Virus record (IMG/VR): IMGVR_UViG_3300023371_000089
Coordinates: 1 to 64,000 of that record
Direction: 5' to 3' (one strand)
Source: a virus
Taxonomy: Duplodnaviria > Heunggongvirae > Uroviricota > Caudoviricetes
Length of the DNA: 64,000 nt
The notes under the pieces are model-generated. The model had not been told where the DNA came from. It did not search any database and saw nothing but the letters and a program-made list of their open reading frames with translations. Positions 9,069-18,220 of this stretch are shown piece after piece; position 1 is the first letter of the stretch, and every line of letters starts with the position of its first letter. Made by a program: the position numbers and the translations under genes.

Positions 9069-9546
9069 TATTTAACTCACCAATAACTACATCATTCTTA
9101 TATGCTGTAATAGAGGCATTATCCCCCGGTTTATAATGATAGATACAACAAGCATCTTGAATAATATCTCCTTTCACATCAATCCTATCCGGTTTATCTC
9201 CCCATTTTACAGTAAACGGAGTTTCTACGGCATATTTAACTTCTTTTATTTCAAGTACACCCACAACATGTTCTTCGCCTAATGTTAAATCTATTTTAAA
9301 ATTCCCCTTTTTCCCTTTAAGTGGTATGGTATATTTTAAAAAAGTTTCATTCACAGATAACCACTTTTCTTTTGCGTCTACAATAATCTTATATTTTCCC
9401 CAAGTTAAATATTTGACATGTATTTTTAGTTTTTCGGAACTTTGAGTGAAATCTAAAATATTTTTACAATACCAATAGTCTTCAAGGACATATTCTTTTC
9501 TACCCCCTTCTTTTGGTAAAGTTATTGTTACAATACTTGTATTCAT
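9046..9546 (-). CDS. Hypothetical beta-rich protein, 166 aa.
   Basis: Long ORF. Confidence 0.45.
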   Translation of the reverse strand: MNTSIVTITLPKEGGRKEYVLEDYWYCKNILDFTQSSEKLKIHVKYLTWGKYKIIVDAKEKWLSVNETFLKYTIPLKGKKGNFKIDLTLGEEHVVGVLEIKEVKYAVETPFTVKWGDKPDRIDVKGDIIQDACCIYHYKPGDNASITAYKNDVVIGELNIAYDIRL

Positions 9547-9567
9547 ATAATTTTTTTATTATTCTTA

Positions 9568-10155
9568 TTAAATCCAATTATCAAAATCCTCATCAGAATC
9601 ATCTATGATATAATCAAGCGCATCGAACCTATTAATGAAAAATTTAACATCTTCTCTATTGAAATATTCCGGATATTTCTTAAGCAAGACTTCCAAATCA
9701 AGTTCATGATAAGCCCTTTTCATATTTTCTTCAGTAGGAGTTAAACATGTGTCAAAAAAATCATTAAGATATTTTTCAAACTCTTCTTTCGTTATTATTT
9801 CATATTCATCATCAATACTAAACTGTATGGTATTATATACATGATACCACCCGTCACCCGTTTTATCCAAACAGATTCCTTCAAATAAAAAACGTGTTGT
9901 TACAGGTGATAATAGACGAGGGTTCTCCCGAACAGGGGTACCAATCACACCACCACCCGCATGCGTAATCATCATATATTCGTTTTTCCCTTTATTGCTC
10001 CGATTTATCTTAACATATAAAGGGTAACCTTGCGATGCAAAATCATCTTTCACCTCGTTATGCCACTCTCGATATAAATCATATCTTTTATGTTCAATAA
10101 GAGCAGATTCATATTTTAACTCTCTTAATTTCTCCAATCTCTCTTCTTTTGTCAT
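9568..10155 (-). CDS. Hypothetical protein, 195 aa.
   Basis: Long ORF. Its ATG overlaps the downstream gene by 1 nt. Confidence 0.45.
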   Translation of the reverse strand: MTKEERLEKLRELKYESALIEHKRYDLYREWHNEVKDDFASQGYPLYVKINRSNKGKNEYMMITHAGGGVIGTPVRENPRLLSPVTTRFLFEGICLDKTGDGWYHVYNTIQFSIDDEYEIITKEEFEKYLNDFFDTCLTPTEENMKRAYHELDLEVLLKKYPEYFNREDVKFFINRFDALDYIIDDSDEDFDNWI

Positions 10156-10895
10156 TATGCAATCCTCCCTGACAAATATAGTTTTAACATATTATCCTGA
10201 GGTTCATAAGCCTCATCAACATAAGAAACATTGGCAATTGCAGTACCATCAACAACTTGTAGTTTATGATTTCCTGAATGTATATGTCCACAAAAAACAT
10301 ACTGTGGCTGTTTTTCCTTAATTGCAGCAGCAAGAATTGGACAGCCTGCATTACGTTTGTATGGTGTGCCCCAATCAACATATCCGTAGCCTTCAATATC
10401 AGGTGCCGAATGGGTTATAAGAACATCAAGGTCTTCAGGAATTTCAGCAAATTTCTTCCTTAATTTTGCATCAGAACGCATAAAAGCCCAATTACCAAAA
10501 ATCTGACAATATGGGGTACCGAAGATTTTTAAATATGATGGCATACCTGAACCGTCATCAATATATTCAAAGCGGTATTCTTTATTCCTGAGAACCACAA
10601 GACGGCCATTAGTCAACATTGAAAGCCGTTGATAATCATCCTCATTCCAACGTTCAAAAACCATATCATGATTTCCCGGGGTCATAACCACCTTACTCCA
10701 CACATTTTTAAAAGGGAGAGACAGAATCCATTCAACAAACTCATTTTCCACCCATTCTTTTTGAAATGAGAAATAATGGTCATGCGCAGGAACCACATCA
10801 CCACATATCAACATGAGGTCAAATTCCTCAACAACTGTAGGTAAATTACCATGTAAATCTGATGTAACAATTGTCTTAAACATTATATCCTCCAA
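10155..10895 (-). CDS. Calcineurin-like metallophosphoesterase.
   Basis: Motifs TSDLHGN (DxH), ICGDVV (GD), TPGNHD (GNHD), ITHSAP and CGHIHSG (GHxH). Confidence 0.7.
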   Translation of the reverse strand: MEDIMFKTIVTSDLHGNLPTVVEEFDLMLICGDVVPAHDHYFSFQKEWVENEFVEWILSLPFKNVWSKVVMTPGNHDMVFERWNEDDYQRLSMLTNGRLVVLRNKEYRFEYIDDGSGMPSYLKIFGTPYCQIFGNWAFMRSDAKLRKKFAEIPEDLDVLITHSAPDIEGYGYVDWGTPYKRNAGCPILAAAIKEKQPQYVFCGHIHSGNHKLQVVDGTAIANVSYVDEAYEPQDNMLKLYLSGRIA

Positions 10896-11695
10896 CCAAA
10901 TTTAGATTTATCATTATTAACTTTCACGAGAACTCTACCTATTTTATGTATAAGTTCGTTTATACACTTTTCCACTTTTTTAAGACTCCATTTGTATTCT
11001 TTAAGAATCTTCTTCAATTCAATATCATTTTTTACATCATCGAATATCTCAATTAACTCAATATATAACTTACCGACTTCACTGTTGCTTATGTTGCTAT
11101 AATCATATGGGGGCGTTGCAAAATTATCAACCATACAATACGAATACAGCCCATTAATGAAGCCATCCTGTTCAGACTTAAGACAACCATAAATCAATCT
11201 ACCTACCTTATGGCGTTTTTCGTCAGACGATTCCATATCATTCCTCATCTTGGCATATAACGTATTGCTTGGAATTGTTTTCTGAGAACGAAACTGCTGC
11301 AAGATATGTTCCAATTCATGTTGAATCACTTCAACCGCCTTTTCCTTAACAATAGTACCATTAATACCATATAAATTGATATTACATATTATATGATATC
11401 GTCCAAGATATGCAGAGCCACCTGTTACCAAACAACTTTCCCCATATTTATCAACTTCTTCCTTATTAAGGAAATTCCTATATTGATAGGAAATTTTAAA
11501 CTGATGGTCGTCAATTTCAGCACCAACAGAACCTCTTTGGATGGTATATGAACCACCATCTTCTTTCTCCCTGTTTGGTAAATCATTGACAATCGTTTTA
11601 AACACCCTTACAGCCTCATCATAAACACCTTGAAGAACGCCAAGTTCCTCTTTCACAAGAACTCGTAACTGATTTTCGTTTATAATCAGCCTCAT
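10883..11695 (-). CDS. Hypothetical protein with an HExxH motif.
   Basis: VIQHELEHILQQF. The N-terminus MRLIINENQLRVL resembles the N-terminus of the ORF at 46873. Confidence 0.4.
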   Translation of the reverse strand: MRLIINENQLRVLVKEELGVLQGVYDEAVRVFKTIVNDLPNREKEDGGSYTIQRGSVGAEIDDHQFKISYQYRNFLNKEEVDKYGESCLVTGGSAYLGRYHIICNINLYGINGTIVKEKAVEVIQHELEHILQQFRSQKTIPSNTLYAKMRNDMESSDEKRHKVGRLIYGCLKSEQDGFINGLYSYCMVDNFATPPYDYSNISNSEVGKLYIELIEIFDDVKNDIELKKILKEYKWSLKKVEKCINELIHKIGRVLVKVNNDKSKFGWRI

Positions 11696-11699
11696 GTTC

Positions 11700-12389
11700 T
11701 TAATATATAAACCAAGTTATACGTATGTCAGTCGCCTTAAGACATCCATATTGCTGTTCAACCAAAGTACGAATTCGACAGATTTCTCCATAAATCCTAA
11801 GAAGAAAATTGAATTTTTCCTTGAAAACATATTCATTGAAATTATCATCACCAGTTTCCTCATCATATATATGAAAACCAATATTTTGAAGAAGCCTGTC
11901 AAGTTTCCAATTTATATCCTTAAGTTCGTCAGCCTTCATTAATCTCGGCACTGTATCCAAGAAATGTTCTTTCATTTCCCCATATGCCCCAAGAAGGTCA
12001 ATAAGATAAAAATAAGAAGGTATTGATGCATTGGACGCATAATCATTATATTTTTTTACCAATTCAGGTGAAGCATCCTTAGGCATGCCAAGGTCTGATT
12101 CAATATATCCAAAATTATATTCTTTATTCAATAGGAAATCCTGAATTTCATAATCCTCCATAAAATGAGTCGTATCCTCAATATACCCAAATTCAATTGG
12201 CTCCTCACCCTCATCAAGATACTCTTTCGACATTTTCCAAGTAAGGTCTTTAGGAAATGCCCCATCTGCCTCGCAAGCAAGGTAATCATCACGACGAAAC
12301 TTTCTAAGGAGTTCCCATTTTCCACCATTACGGACCTCAATCATTGATACAACATATGTACTCATAAAACCAAATAATTTTTGTTGCAA
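11700..12389 (-). CDS. Hypothetical protein, 229 aa.
   Basis: Long ORF that closes the minus-strand early block. Confidence 0.45.
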   Translation of the reverse strand: MQQKLFGFMSTYVVSMIEVRNGGKWELLRKFRRDDYLACEADGAFPKDLTWKMSKEYLDEGEEPIEFGYIEDTTHFMEDYEIQDFLLNKEYNFGYIESDLGMPKDASPELVKKYNDYASNASIPSYFYLIDLLGAYGEMKEHFLDTVPRLMKADELKDINWKLDRLLQNIGFHIYDEETGDDNFNEYVFKEKFNFLLRIYGEICRIRTLVEQQYGCLKATDIRITWFIY

Positions 12390-12455
12390 AGATAGTGTTT
12401 TCTTTTGGATTAAACAAAAAATGTGAGAAATTATTTTTAACTAAGTGAGTTGTTT

Positions 12456-12491
12456 ACTTGATTTATAACTATTTATAGTTATAAATCAAGT
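12456..12491. promoter_or_regulatory. Perfect 15-bp inverted repeat with a 6-bp spacer (36 bp) in a divergent intergenic region. Candidate operator or regulatory site.
   Basis: ACTTGATTTATAACT-ATTTAT-AGTTATAAATCAAGT, between the minus-strand gene starting at 12389 and the plus-strand gene starting at 12531. Confidence 0.5.
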
Positions 12492-12530
12492 GTATATTTT
12501 AATAACGAAAAGTAAAAATGTAAAATACAT

Positions 12531-13154
12531 ATGGCGACGGATAATAGTAATGCTATATACACAGCAGGAGAAATGCAAAATACAGGGAAGTTCAGTTTCA
12601 ACACAACGAACATCAATAACGCATCATACATACCAAGTTTAGATATGTGTCCAACAAAAGCCCAAATTACTGCAGCAGCAAAAACCGGTTATACTTTAAC
12701 AATTTCAACAGCCTATAATGCTAAACAACTTGTACCAAGCAAAGATTGGTCTATGACAAAAAACATTGGTAAACTAACAATTCATTTTTATACTAGTGCG
12801 TTAACATCAAACACAGTATTAAATGGATGGAGATATACAACTTCAACCCTCCCCTCGTTAAAATATAGCTCATTGGAAACAGGTACATCTATTTTTTATT
12901 GTTCACCAGGTACTTTAAACTCAACTTATACCACAGGTGCGACATTAACCCTTAACACAAGCAAACACAGTACATGGCCAATAGGTTCTTACCTCTGTTA
13001 TCTCGTATACATTTGTACAACTCAGACTGGTTATGCTGTATTATCTGGATATTATGAACCATCGGAAGCAAGTCAGTTAAATTCAGGAACTAACGTTGAA
13101 GCACTTAGGAACTGGTCAATACAAACCTTTACTTTTCAAGAATTTTATAGTTAA
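12531..13154 (+). CDS. Ser/Thr-rich beta-rich protein (possible fibre tip or receptor-binding-type moron). It is an isolated plus-strand gene.
   Basis: 207 aa with 30% or more S/T/N/G. It has its own AT-rich upstream region and ends at a strong terminator. Confidence 0.5.
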   Translation: MATDNSNAIYTAGEMQNTGKFSFNTTNINNASYIPSLDMCPTKAQITAAAKTGYTLTISTAYNAKQLVPSKDWSMTKNIGKLTIHFYTSALTSNTVLNGWRYTTSTLPSLKYSSLETGTSIFYCSPGTLNSTYTTGATLTLNTSKHSTWPIGSYLCYLVYICTTQTGYAVLSGYYEPSEASQLNSGTNVEALRNWSIQTFTFQEFYS

Positions 13155-13192
13155 TATTGAACATTTACTTACTTATTATATACTTACACACG

Positions 13193-13228
13193 AAAAAACG
13201 GGACCTGTCGTGAGACACATCCCGTTTT
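13193..13228. terminator. Bidirectional rho-independent terminator, copy 1 of an identical 35-bp hairpin.
   Basis: aaaaaacgggacctgtcgtgagacacatcccgtttt: stem AAACGGGA/TCCCGTTT with an inner tgtc-GTGA-gaca stem-loop, flanked by an A-run and a T-run. Identical to 28744-28778. Confidence 0.65.
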
Positions 13229-13231
13229 ATT

Positions 13232-14050
13232 TTAAAATCGTCTAATCTTATCCAAATATCCCTCAGATAATTCAATGATATTTGCTTTGTTAGCAAGAGA
13301 TTTAATAAGAAGTTGATTATGAAGAACAACAATAATTTGCACTGTTTGTGATGCATCAACCAAAAAATCCCTCAATGCTGCAAGATTATCCACATCAAGC
13401 CCCTCATCAGGTTCATCCATAATGAAAACCGCTTTCTTTGGGAGTGTATCATCATTAAAACCGTCAATAGCCTCTTTCGTTTTCTCAACAGCCTTTGTCC
13501 ACATATCATTCATCGGTTTTTTAGGAAACAAAGAATCTTTGGTATATACCCCCATTTTTTCATTGGCCTCAATGATTGCCATTTTAAGCGTATTTATCAT
13601 TCTCTGTCCTTTGCTCATTTTTCCTTCAGAAAAAAACTGTGCAAAATCACGGAAATTTTGAAAATTGTAACCGCCTCTCTTATTTTTCACACCCGTATCA
13701 TCCATTCTATGAACAGGAGCATCATAATCATTGACAATTCTGAACATATCCTGCGGCTTATAAGCGGGGTCAAACCCTGATGAATCAGGATAAAAAATCT
13801 TTACATCATCCCAAAACGTATATTCATTATTGAGGCCACCACGAGCAAGCGTCAACCTTGTTATTATATCAACCAATGTCGTCTTACCACAACCGTTTTC
13901 ACCAATAACAAGATTCAACCCCGGTGTAAACTCAATCTTCTTAGGAAGAAGTTTTCTTTTTTTCTCATTTTCATCCTCACTAAGATAATAATAGTCATTA
14001 ACACTATTCTTTGCCTTATAGTTAATTTCAAGTGTTTTAATCATAATCAA
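13232..14050 (-). CDS. Small ABC-type (RecF/SbcC-like) ATPase, 272 aa.
   Basis: Walker A GENGCGKTT, signature-like SEGKMSKGQR, Walker B/D-loop VFIMDEPDEGLD and H-loop VVLHN. Its start overlaps the stop of the pol-C gene (ATGA). Confidence 0.7.
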   Translation of the reverse strand: MIMIKTLEINYKAKNSVNDYYYLSEDENEKKRKLLPKKIEFTPGLNLVIGENGCGKTTLVDIITRLTLARGGLNNEYTFWDDVKIFYPDSSGFDPAYKPQDMFRIVNDYDAPVHRMDDTGVKNKRGGYNFQNFRDFAQFFSEGKMSKGQRMINTLKMAIIEANEKMGVYTKDSLFPKKPMNDMWTKAVEKTKEAIDGFNDDTLPKKAVFIMDEPDEGLDVDNLAALRDFLVDASQTVQIIVVLHNQLLIKSLANKANIIELSEGYLDKIRRF

Positions 14051-15597
14051 ACTGCATTATACTCACTAATACTCTCAATAAGGTCTGATAATGTCATAAG
14101 AACATATTCAGGGTACTTCTTTGAAACAAAATTTCCTGTCTTAGGGTCAATATCAGCAATTGCCGATATGCTCTTAGGTATATCCCCATCTTCAGCAAAT
14201 GCTACTTTTTCATCATATGGCAGGGCTTCAAACGCCTCATTGAATGCATTACGAATTTCATTAATACCCTTTTCCTCTTCCTCAGCCATTCTCCTATCAT
14301 AGTCAGCCACAATTTCCTCCCAATTCATAGAACATTCATCAATGAAAGGAATATCGAACTCAGGATGGGCTTTCCAAAAACGAATCTCCTTATCTTCCAT
14401 TGTCATCAACTGTTCATATGTATCTTGGTCGCCTTCCTTATTAGGTTGTCCCGAAGTAAGTACTGATTCTTCCTCGGTAAAATATGGACGGTCCTCAGGA
14501 TTGGTAATAAGAATACGTGTTCTAATATCTTTCGAGAAGCATACAAGAAGAGGTGTGATTCTCTTATTGAACATGTCAATATACTTTGCTGAATTATATT
14601 CCTCACCTTCCTGACAATATACATCTGTTTCAGAATCAACAATATTCTGTGGAAGAAGTCGTGCGTTAAGAATAATCTCATCCTCTTTCTGAGCATATGG
14701 ATAGGCCTTTGTTAAGAATTCATTCATTGTAAGGGACTTGTCCTCTTTCTTATGCGCCTTGAACTCCTTTTCAATTTTAGTGGTTACATCCACCTTCTCG
14801 TGTTCACCGTTTGATAAAGTCTGATATTCATAATATTTAGCCACTTTCTTGACATCAGCCTGTGACTTGCTTTTACCTGTATTTACATAATACAAAGTCT
14901 CACCCTGCTTGACATCAAGCCCTTCCTTAATTGCCAATTCCATCCATGCCTGACGTGACTTAGGCCTACCTGCCTTAGTAAGCGTCTTGCAATCCTTAAT
15001 ATAATCTTTAATGTTCTTTTTTACCTTACCCTTGGATGCAATATCCTTAAGCGGAATCTGATAATTGTATATCTTTTCTATATAAGAATAATATTCATCC
15101 AAAAATCCTGAGCCATTGTTCTGCAGAAGCAACCTGATACCTTTTTCAAGAAACTTTGAAATATATATAGGCATTTTCTTGGATTTAATGGTATTACCGA
15201 CAAGTTTCACATCATTAGGAAATGGATTTTCCGGGAAATAATCTGCGTAATTTTTACGTGAGAAGTTGATGGTCGAATCAACAATCTCATCTATGCCGAG
15301 TCCCATCTTTCCTCGCATATAAAGGTCATTGAACTCAGCGACATCGGCCTTGAAACCTGTATATTTTTGCCCTTCTACGACATTTCTATTTAGTCCTTTT
15401 CCAATGTAAGGGTTTTCGTCAGTATAACGATACTCTGACGGGAGTTTGAAGTTAAATCCGTCAGTATTTGAGATTACATTTAGTCCCAACGCATTTACAA
15501 TTGTACCATCACATGAAATATCATAAACGTAATCATCTGTTTTTCCCTTTTTCTCTACTTTAATCATATTAAAATATTTTTCATTAAGTTTTTGCAA
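14047..15597 (-). CDS. Family-B DNA polymerase C-terminal half. It comprises a split-intein C-fragment (IntC), then palm motif C (TDG), a KxY-like motif and the thumb domain. The probable start is the second ATG at 15567.
   Basis: From M11 the protein reads MIKVEKKGKTDDYVYDISCDGTIVNALGLNVISN followed by TDGFNFKL...SRKNYADYF. The first 34 aa resemble DnaE-type IntC (MIKIATRKYLGKQNVYDIGVERDHNFALKNGFIASN). The following TDG completes the YGD|TDG motif C whose first half ends the ORF at 20196-22730. Confidence 0.8.
   Translation of the reverse strand: MQKLNEKYFNMIKVEKKGKTDDYVYDISCDGTIVNALGLNVISNTDGFNFKLPSEYRYTDENPYIGKGLNRNVVEGQKYTGFKADVAEFNDLYMRGKMGLGIDEIVDSTINFSRKNYADYFPENPFPNDVKLVGNTIKSKKMPIYISKFLEKGIRLLLQNNGSGFLDEYYSYIEKIYNYQIPLKDIASKGKVKKNIKDYIKDCKTLTKAGRPKSRQAWMELAIKEGLDVKQGETLYYVNTGKSKSQADVKKVAKYYEYQTLSNGEHEKVDVTTKIEKEFKAHKKEDKSLTMNEFLTKAYPYAQKEDEIILNARLLPQNIVDSETDVYCQEGEEYNSAKYIDMFNKRITPLLVCFSKDIRTRILITNPEDRPYFTEEESVLTSGQPNKEGDQDTYEQLMTMEDKEIRFWKAHPEFDIPFIDECSMNWEEIVADYDRRMAEEEEKGINEIRNAFNEAFEALPYDEKVAFAEDGDIPKSISAIADIDPKTGNFVSKKYPEYVLMTLSDLIESISEYNAV
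15466..15567 (-). other. Split-intein C-fragment (IntC, 34 aa), immediately followed by the +1 Thr of the C-extein.
   Basis: The MIK...VYDI...N-Thr pattern matches IntC of naturally split inteins. Confidence 0.7.
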
Positions 15598-15801
15598 AAA
15601 TAAAAACTATTTTTCTTTTTTCCAAATATATTTTTTGGGAATGATATACAAGTTACACTAAAAATGCCATAAATAACTGAAGTCTATACGAAAATGTCTG
15701 GACTTTTTATGATATTTATTAAGAAAAAGTAGTATGAATTTACAATACGTTACTGCTAAAAATGTTAGAAATAATTTTTATAGTGAAAAATAAATATATA
15801 T

Positions 15802-16152
15802 ATGGAAAACCGAAATATAATACAACATCTACGTGGAAATTCACCATTATCAATTGGTAAAGCTAAAGAAATAGGAATGCTCCAAGGAGAAATTGCCATT
15901 AAACATGGTGTTAGCGGAGACTCAGAACTTTATGTATTATCACAAGATGGTGAAGCATTAGATATATTTGTTCCCAAATCGTATATTGATTCAAAACTGT
16001 TTTATGGTACACAGGCAGAATACGATGCGGCATATGCTGCTGGTAAAATTGCAATAGGCGCAATTGTTGTCATTATAGATGATGAAGAAAACACAAATGG
16101 CGCTTCATCTAAATTAGGTGAGGGTGTAATTGGAGAAATGATTTTAGAATAA
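15802..16152 (+). CDS. Small tail-fibre-associated protein with a phage-tail-repeat-like N-terminus.
   Basis: IQHLRGNSPLSIGKAKEIGMLQGEIAIKHGVSGDSELYVLSQDGEALDI follows the same hLxG...L..GEIA pattern as the N-terminus of the fibre protein at 54373-56067. Confidence 0.5.
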   Translation: MENRNIIQHLRGNSPLSIGKAKEIGMLQGEIAIKHGVSGDSELYVLSQDGEALDIFVPKSYIDSKLFYGTQAEYDAAYAAGKIAIGAIVVIIDDEENTNGASSKLGEGVIGEMILE

Positions 16153-16167
16153 AAAATAAATAAAGAG

Positions 16168-17031
16168 ATGATTTTATATATTAAAGGTGCTAATTTTTCA
16201 GCATCAAATATAGGAACACTTAGCACTTATATTGTGCAAAAAACTATGGGTGCAGGTATATCGCACAATATTCCTAATTTTATTAATAGAAACGAGGAAA
16301 ACGTAGTATGGACTGTTACATTATCACAAGATTATATATTTGGTGAATATAGTATTGTTATGGGTGGTGAGGTAATAGAACCAAATATTCAAGATAATAT
16401 TATGACTATAACAATTCCAGTAGTAACCAATAACATCAGTATTTCAATTGCAAGCATTTATGAAAATAATGGAGATGGAAGTGATGGACAAGAAACAGTT
16501 ATATTGTTAAACAATAATGTTAATTTCTCAGATTTAAGTGTTTCATCATATGGTCCTACTCAAGGTACAGGTGGTTCTTCATTCGTAGAAAGATGTGCTC
16601 TTTCAGGAGGTACATATGTAGATTATGTTGATTTTTATGTTATCACACCTAACAAAACTTTCCCTAGCGAACCTATAACTATTCCATATATTAAACTATA
16701 TTTTGTGGATGCTGAAACAGAAACTGTCGAAGAATTAGTATATGACCAAGCAAATCAATCATCTATTTTATCTGATACTACCGAAACAAATGGTTATCAA
16801 ATTATTAGATGTCCTATTAAACGTACATTGCAAAAAAATATTCATCTTGGTATTACAGTAAATGAAGGTTATAGTGATTATTCATCATTGTATACTATCC
16901 CTTATGTAAATTATACGACTTCTAATAGTATACTTGGTAAACCTTATTTTGGTACAACAATTGTTTTGGGACAAACAGTTGCAGGAAAAACTGCTAATTA
17001 TTATTGTCCTATGGTAATTTATGGTTATTAA
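16168..17031 (+). CDS. Putative tail-fibre or structural protein, 287 aa.
   Basis: Beta-rich and S/T/N/G-rich, in the same plus-strand fibre cassette. Confidence 0.5.
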   Translation: MILYIKGANFSASNIGTLSTYIVQKTMGAGISHNIPNFINRNEENVVWTVTLSQDYIFGEYSIVMGGEVIEPNIQDNIMTITIPVVTNNISISIASIYENNGDGSDGQETVILLNNNVNFSDLSVSSYGPTQGTGGSSFVERCALSGGTYVDYVDFYVITPNKTFPSEPITIPYIKLYFVDAETETVEELVYDQANQSSILSDTTETNGYQIIRCPIKRTLQKNIHLGITVNEGYSDYSSLYTIPYVNYTTSNSILGKPYFGTTIVLGQTVAGKTANYYCPMVIYGY

Positions 17032-17063
17032 AATATAATTTTTTTCAAAAAAAAATAATTGAC

Positions 17064-18182
17064 ATGGGTTATACAAAACAAGGGTTTGTGAAGGGAATGA
17101 CATTAGAGCATACTCACCTTATTAATATGGAAGATGGAATAATAAGTGCTTCACAAGGAGGTGTAGAGGATATTTATGCATCGTCATATGGTGTAGTACC
17201 TGGTGTTGTTGATATGAGTAAAATGAATGAGTTATTATCAGCAGCCAATGGCAAAACTATTAGGTTTAATGATGGTGAATATATTTTTCCTTCGCATATA
17301 ACAGTCCCTTCTAACATATCATTTATCGGAAACACTAAAACCATATTTAAATTATCAAGTGATAGTGCATCTAATATTCTTTTTTACATCGTTGGTTCGA
17401 CTAATGTGACAATTTCAAGAATGTTTATTGATGGCGGGGCATCTAAAGTGCAACCTACGGGTAATGTCGATGATATTCTTGATAAAACAAATTCAGGCAA
17501 TCGTTATGGTATTTGGTGTGAAAAAACCAGACGTGTTAAAATTACTGATGTTGATGTTTTAGGATGGGACATGTGTGGACTATATTGTGCAGACAACGAT
17601 TCAGGAGGGGGTGAATATGGCCGTTTCTTCCATACTATAGAAGTGACACGTTCTAGTTTTTATTTTAATTATTATGGTTTGTGGTTTGCTCAATATGGCG
17701 AATATAATCAGGTGGAATGTTGTAATTTTGGTGACAACTTTATTGGTGTTCTAAATGAAGGTGGAAACAATATGTATGTTGGCAACATGTTTTGTAACAA
17801 TTATTGCGGTTTTGCTTTGAATGGGGACGGAATTACTAACGAGTCACACGGAGGCTGTTATAGTTGTACTTACAACCATAATTCAATTACTGGATTAGGT
17901 GGCGGTGTTGCAATTTACATGAATAAAAGCACCGTTGGATGGAATTTTACGGGACAAAATATTTGGTATGGTGCTGTTACATTAAAAGATTGTAAAGGAG
18001 TTATATTTAATGGAAATATTTGGGGTAATGTTCAATTTACAAGTACACATTCAGAAGGATTAAAAAATCAAAATATGGTAACAAACACATACTTCCATAC
18101 CAACCCAAGTGCGGTGTTAAATGGAAATGATGGTTCGACATTTTTTGGACCTTATTTACCTGGGGGTGTGGTTAATGAATAA
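17064..18182 (+). CDS. Putative tailspike or depolymerase with a right-handed parallel beta-helix (pectate-lyase-like) signature. Start taken at the ATG at 17064.
   Basis: Repetitive G-x-N/I-x-I/V turns, for example NISFIGNTKTIFKL, NVTISRMFIDGG, VKITDVDVLGWDMCGLYCADND, NGNIWGN. Confidence 0.5.
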   Translation: MGYTKQGFVKGMTLEHTHLINMEDGIISASQGGVEDIYASSYGVVPGVVDMSKMNELLSAANGKTIRFNDGEYIFPSHITVPSNISFIGNTKTIFKLSSDSASNILFYIVGSTNVTISRMFIDGGASKVQPTGNVDDILDKTNSGNRYGIWCEKTRRVKITDVDVLGWDMCGLYCADNDSGGGEYGRFFHTIEVTRSSFYFNYYGLWFAQYGEYNQVECCNFGDNFIGVLNEGGNNMYVGNMFCNNYCGFALNGDGITNESHGGCYSCTYNHNSITGLGGGVAIYMNKSTVGWNFTGQNIWYGAVTLKDCKGVIFNGNIWGNVQFTSTHSEGLKNQNMVTNTYFHTNPSAVLNGNDGSTFFGPYLPGGVVNE

Positions 18183-18220
18183 CCACACCCCATTTTATAA
18201 AACAATAAAAATAACAAGAT

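Noticed and set aside
10155-10895. Second metallophosphoesterase as the SbcD partner of SbcC
   Set aside because: Its motifs fit a generic calcineurin-like phosphatase or phosphodiesterase. It lacks the Mre11-specific motif arrangement seen in 32575-33426, which is the better SbcD/Mre11 candidate. Neither protein is adjacent to sbcC.
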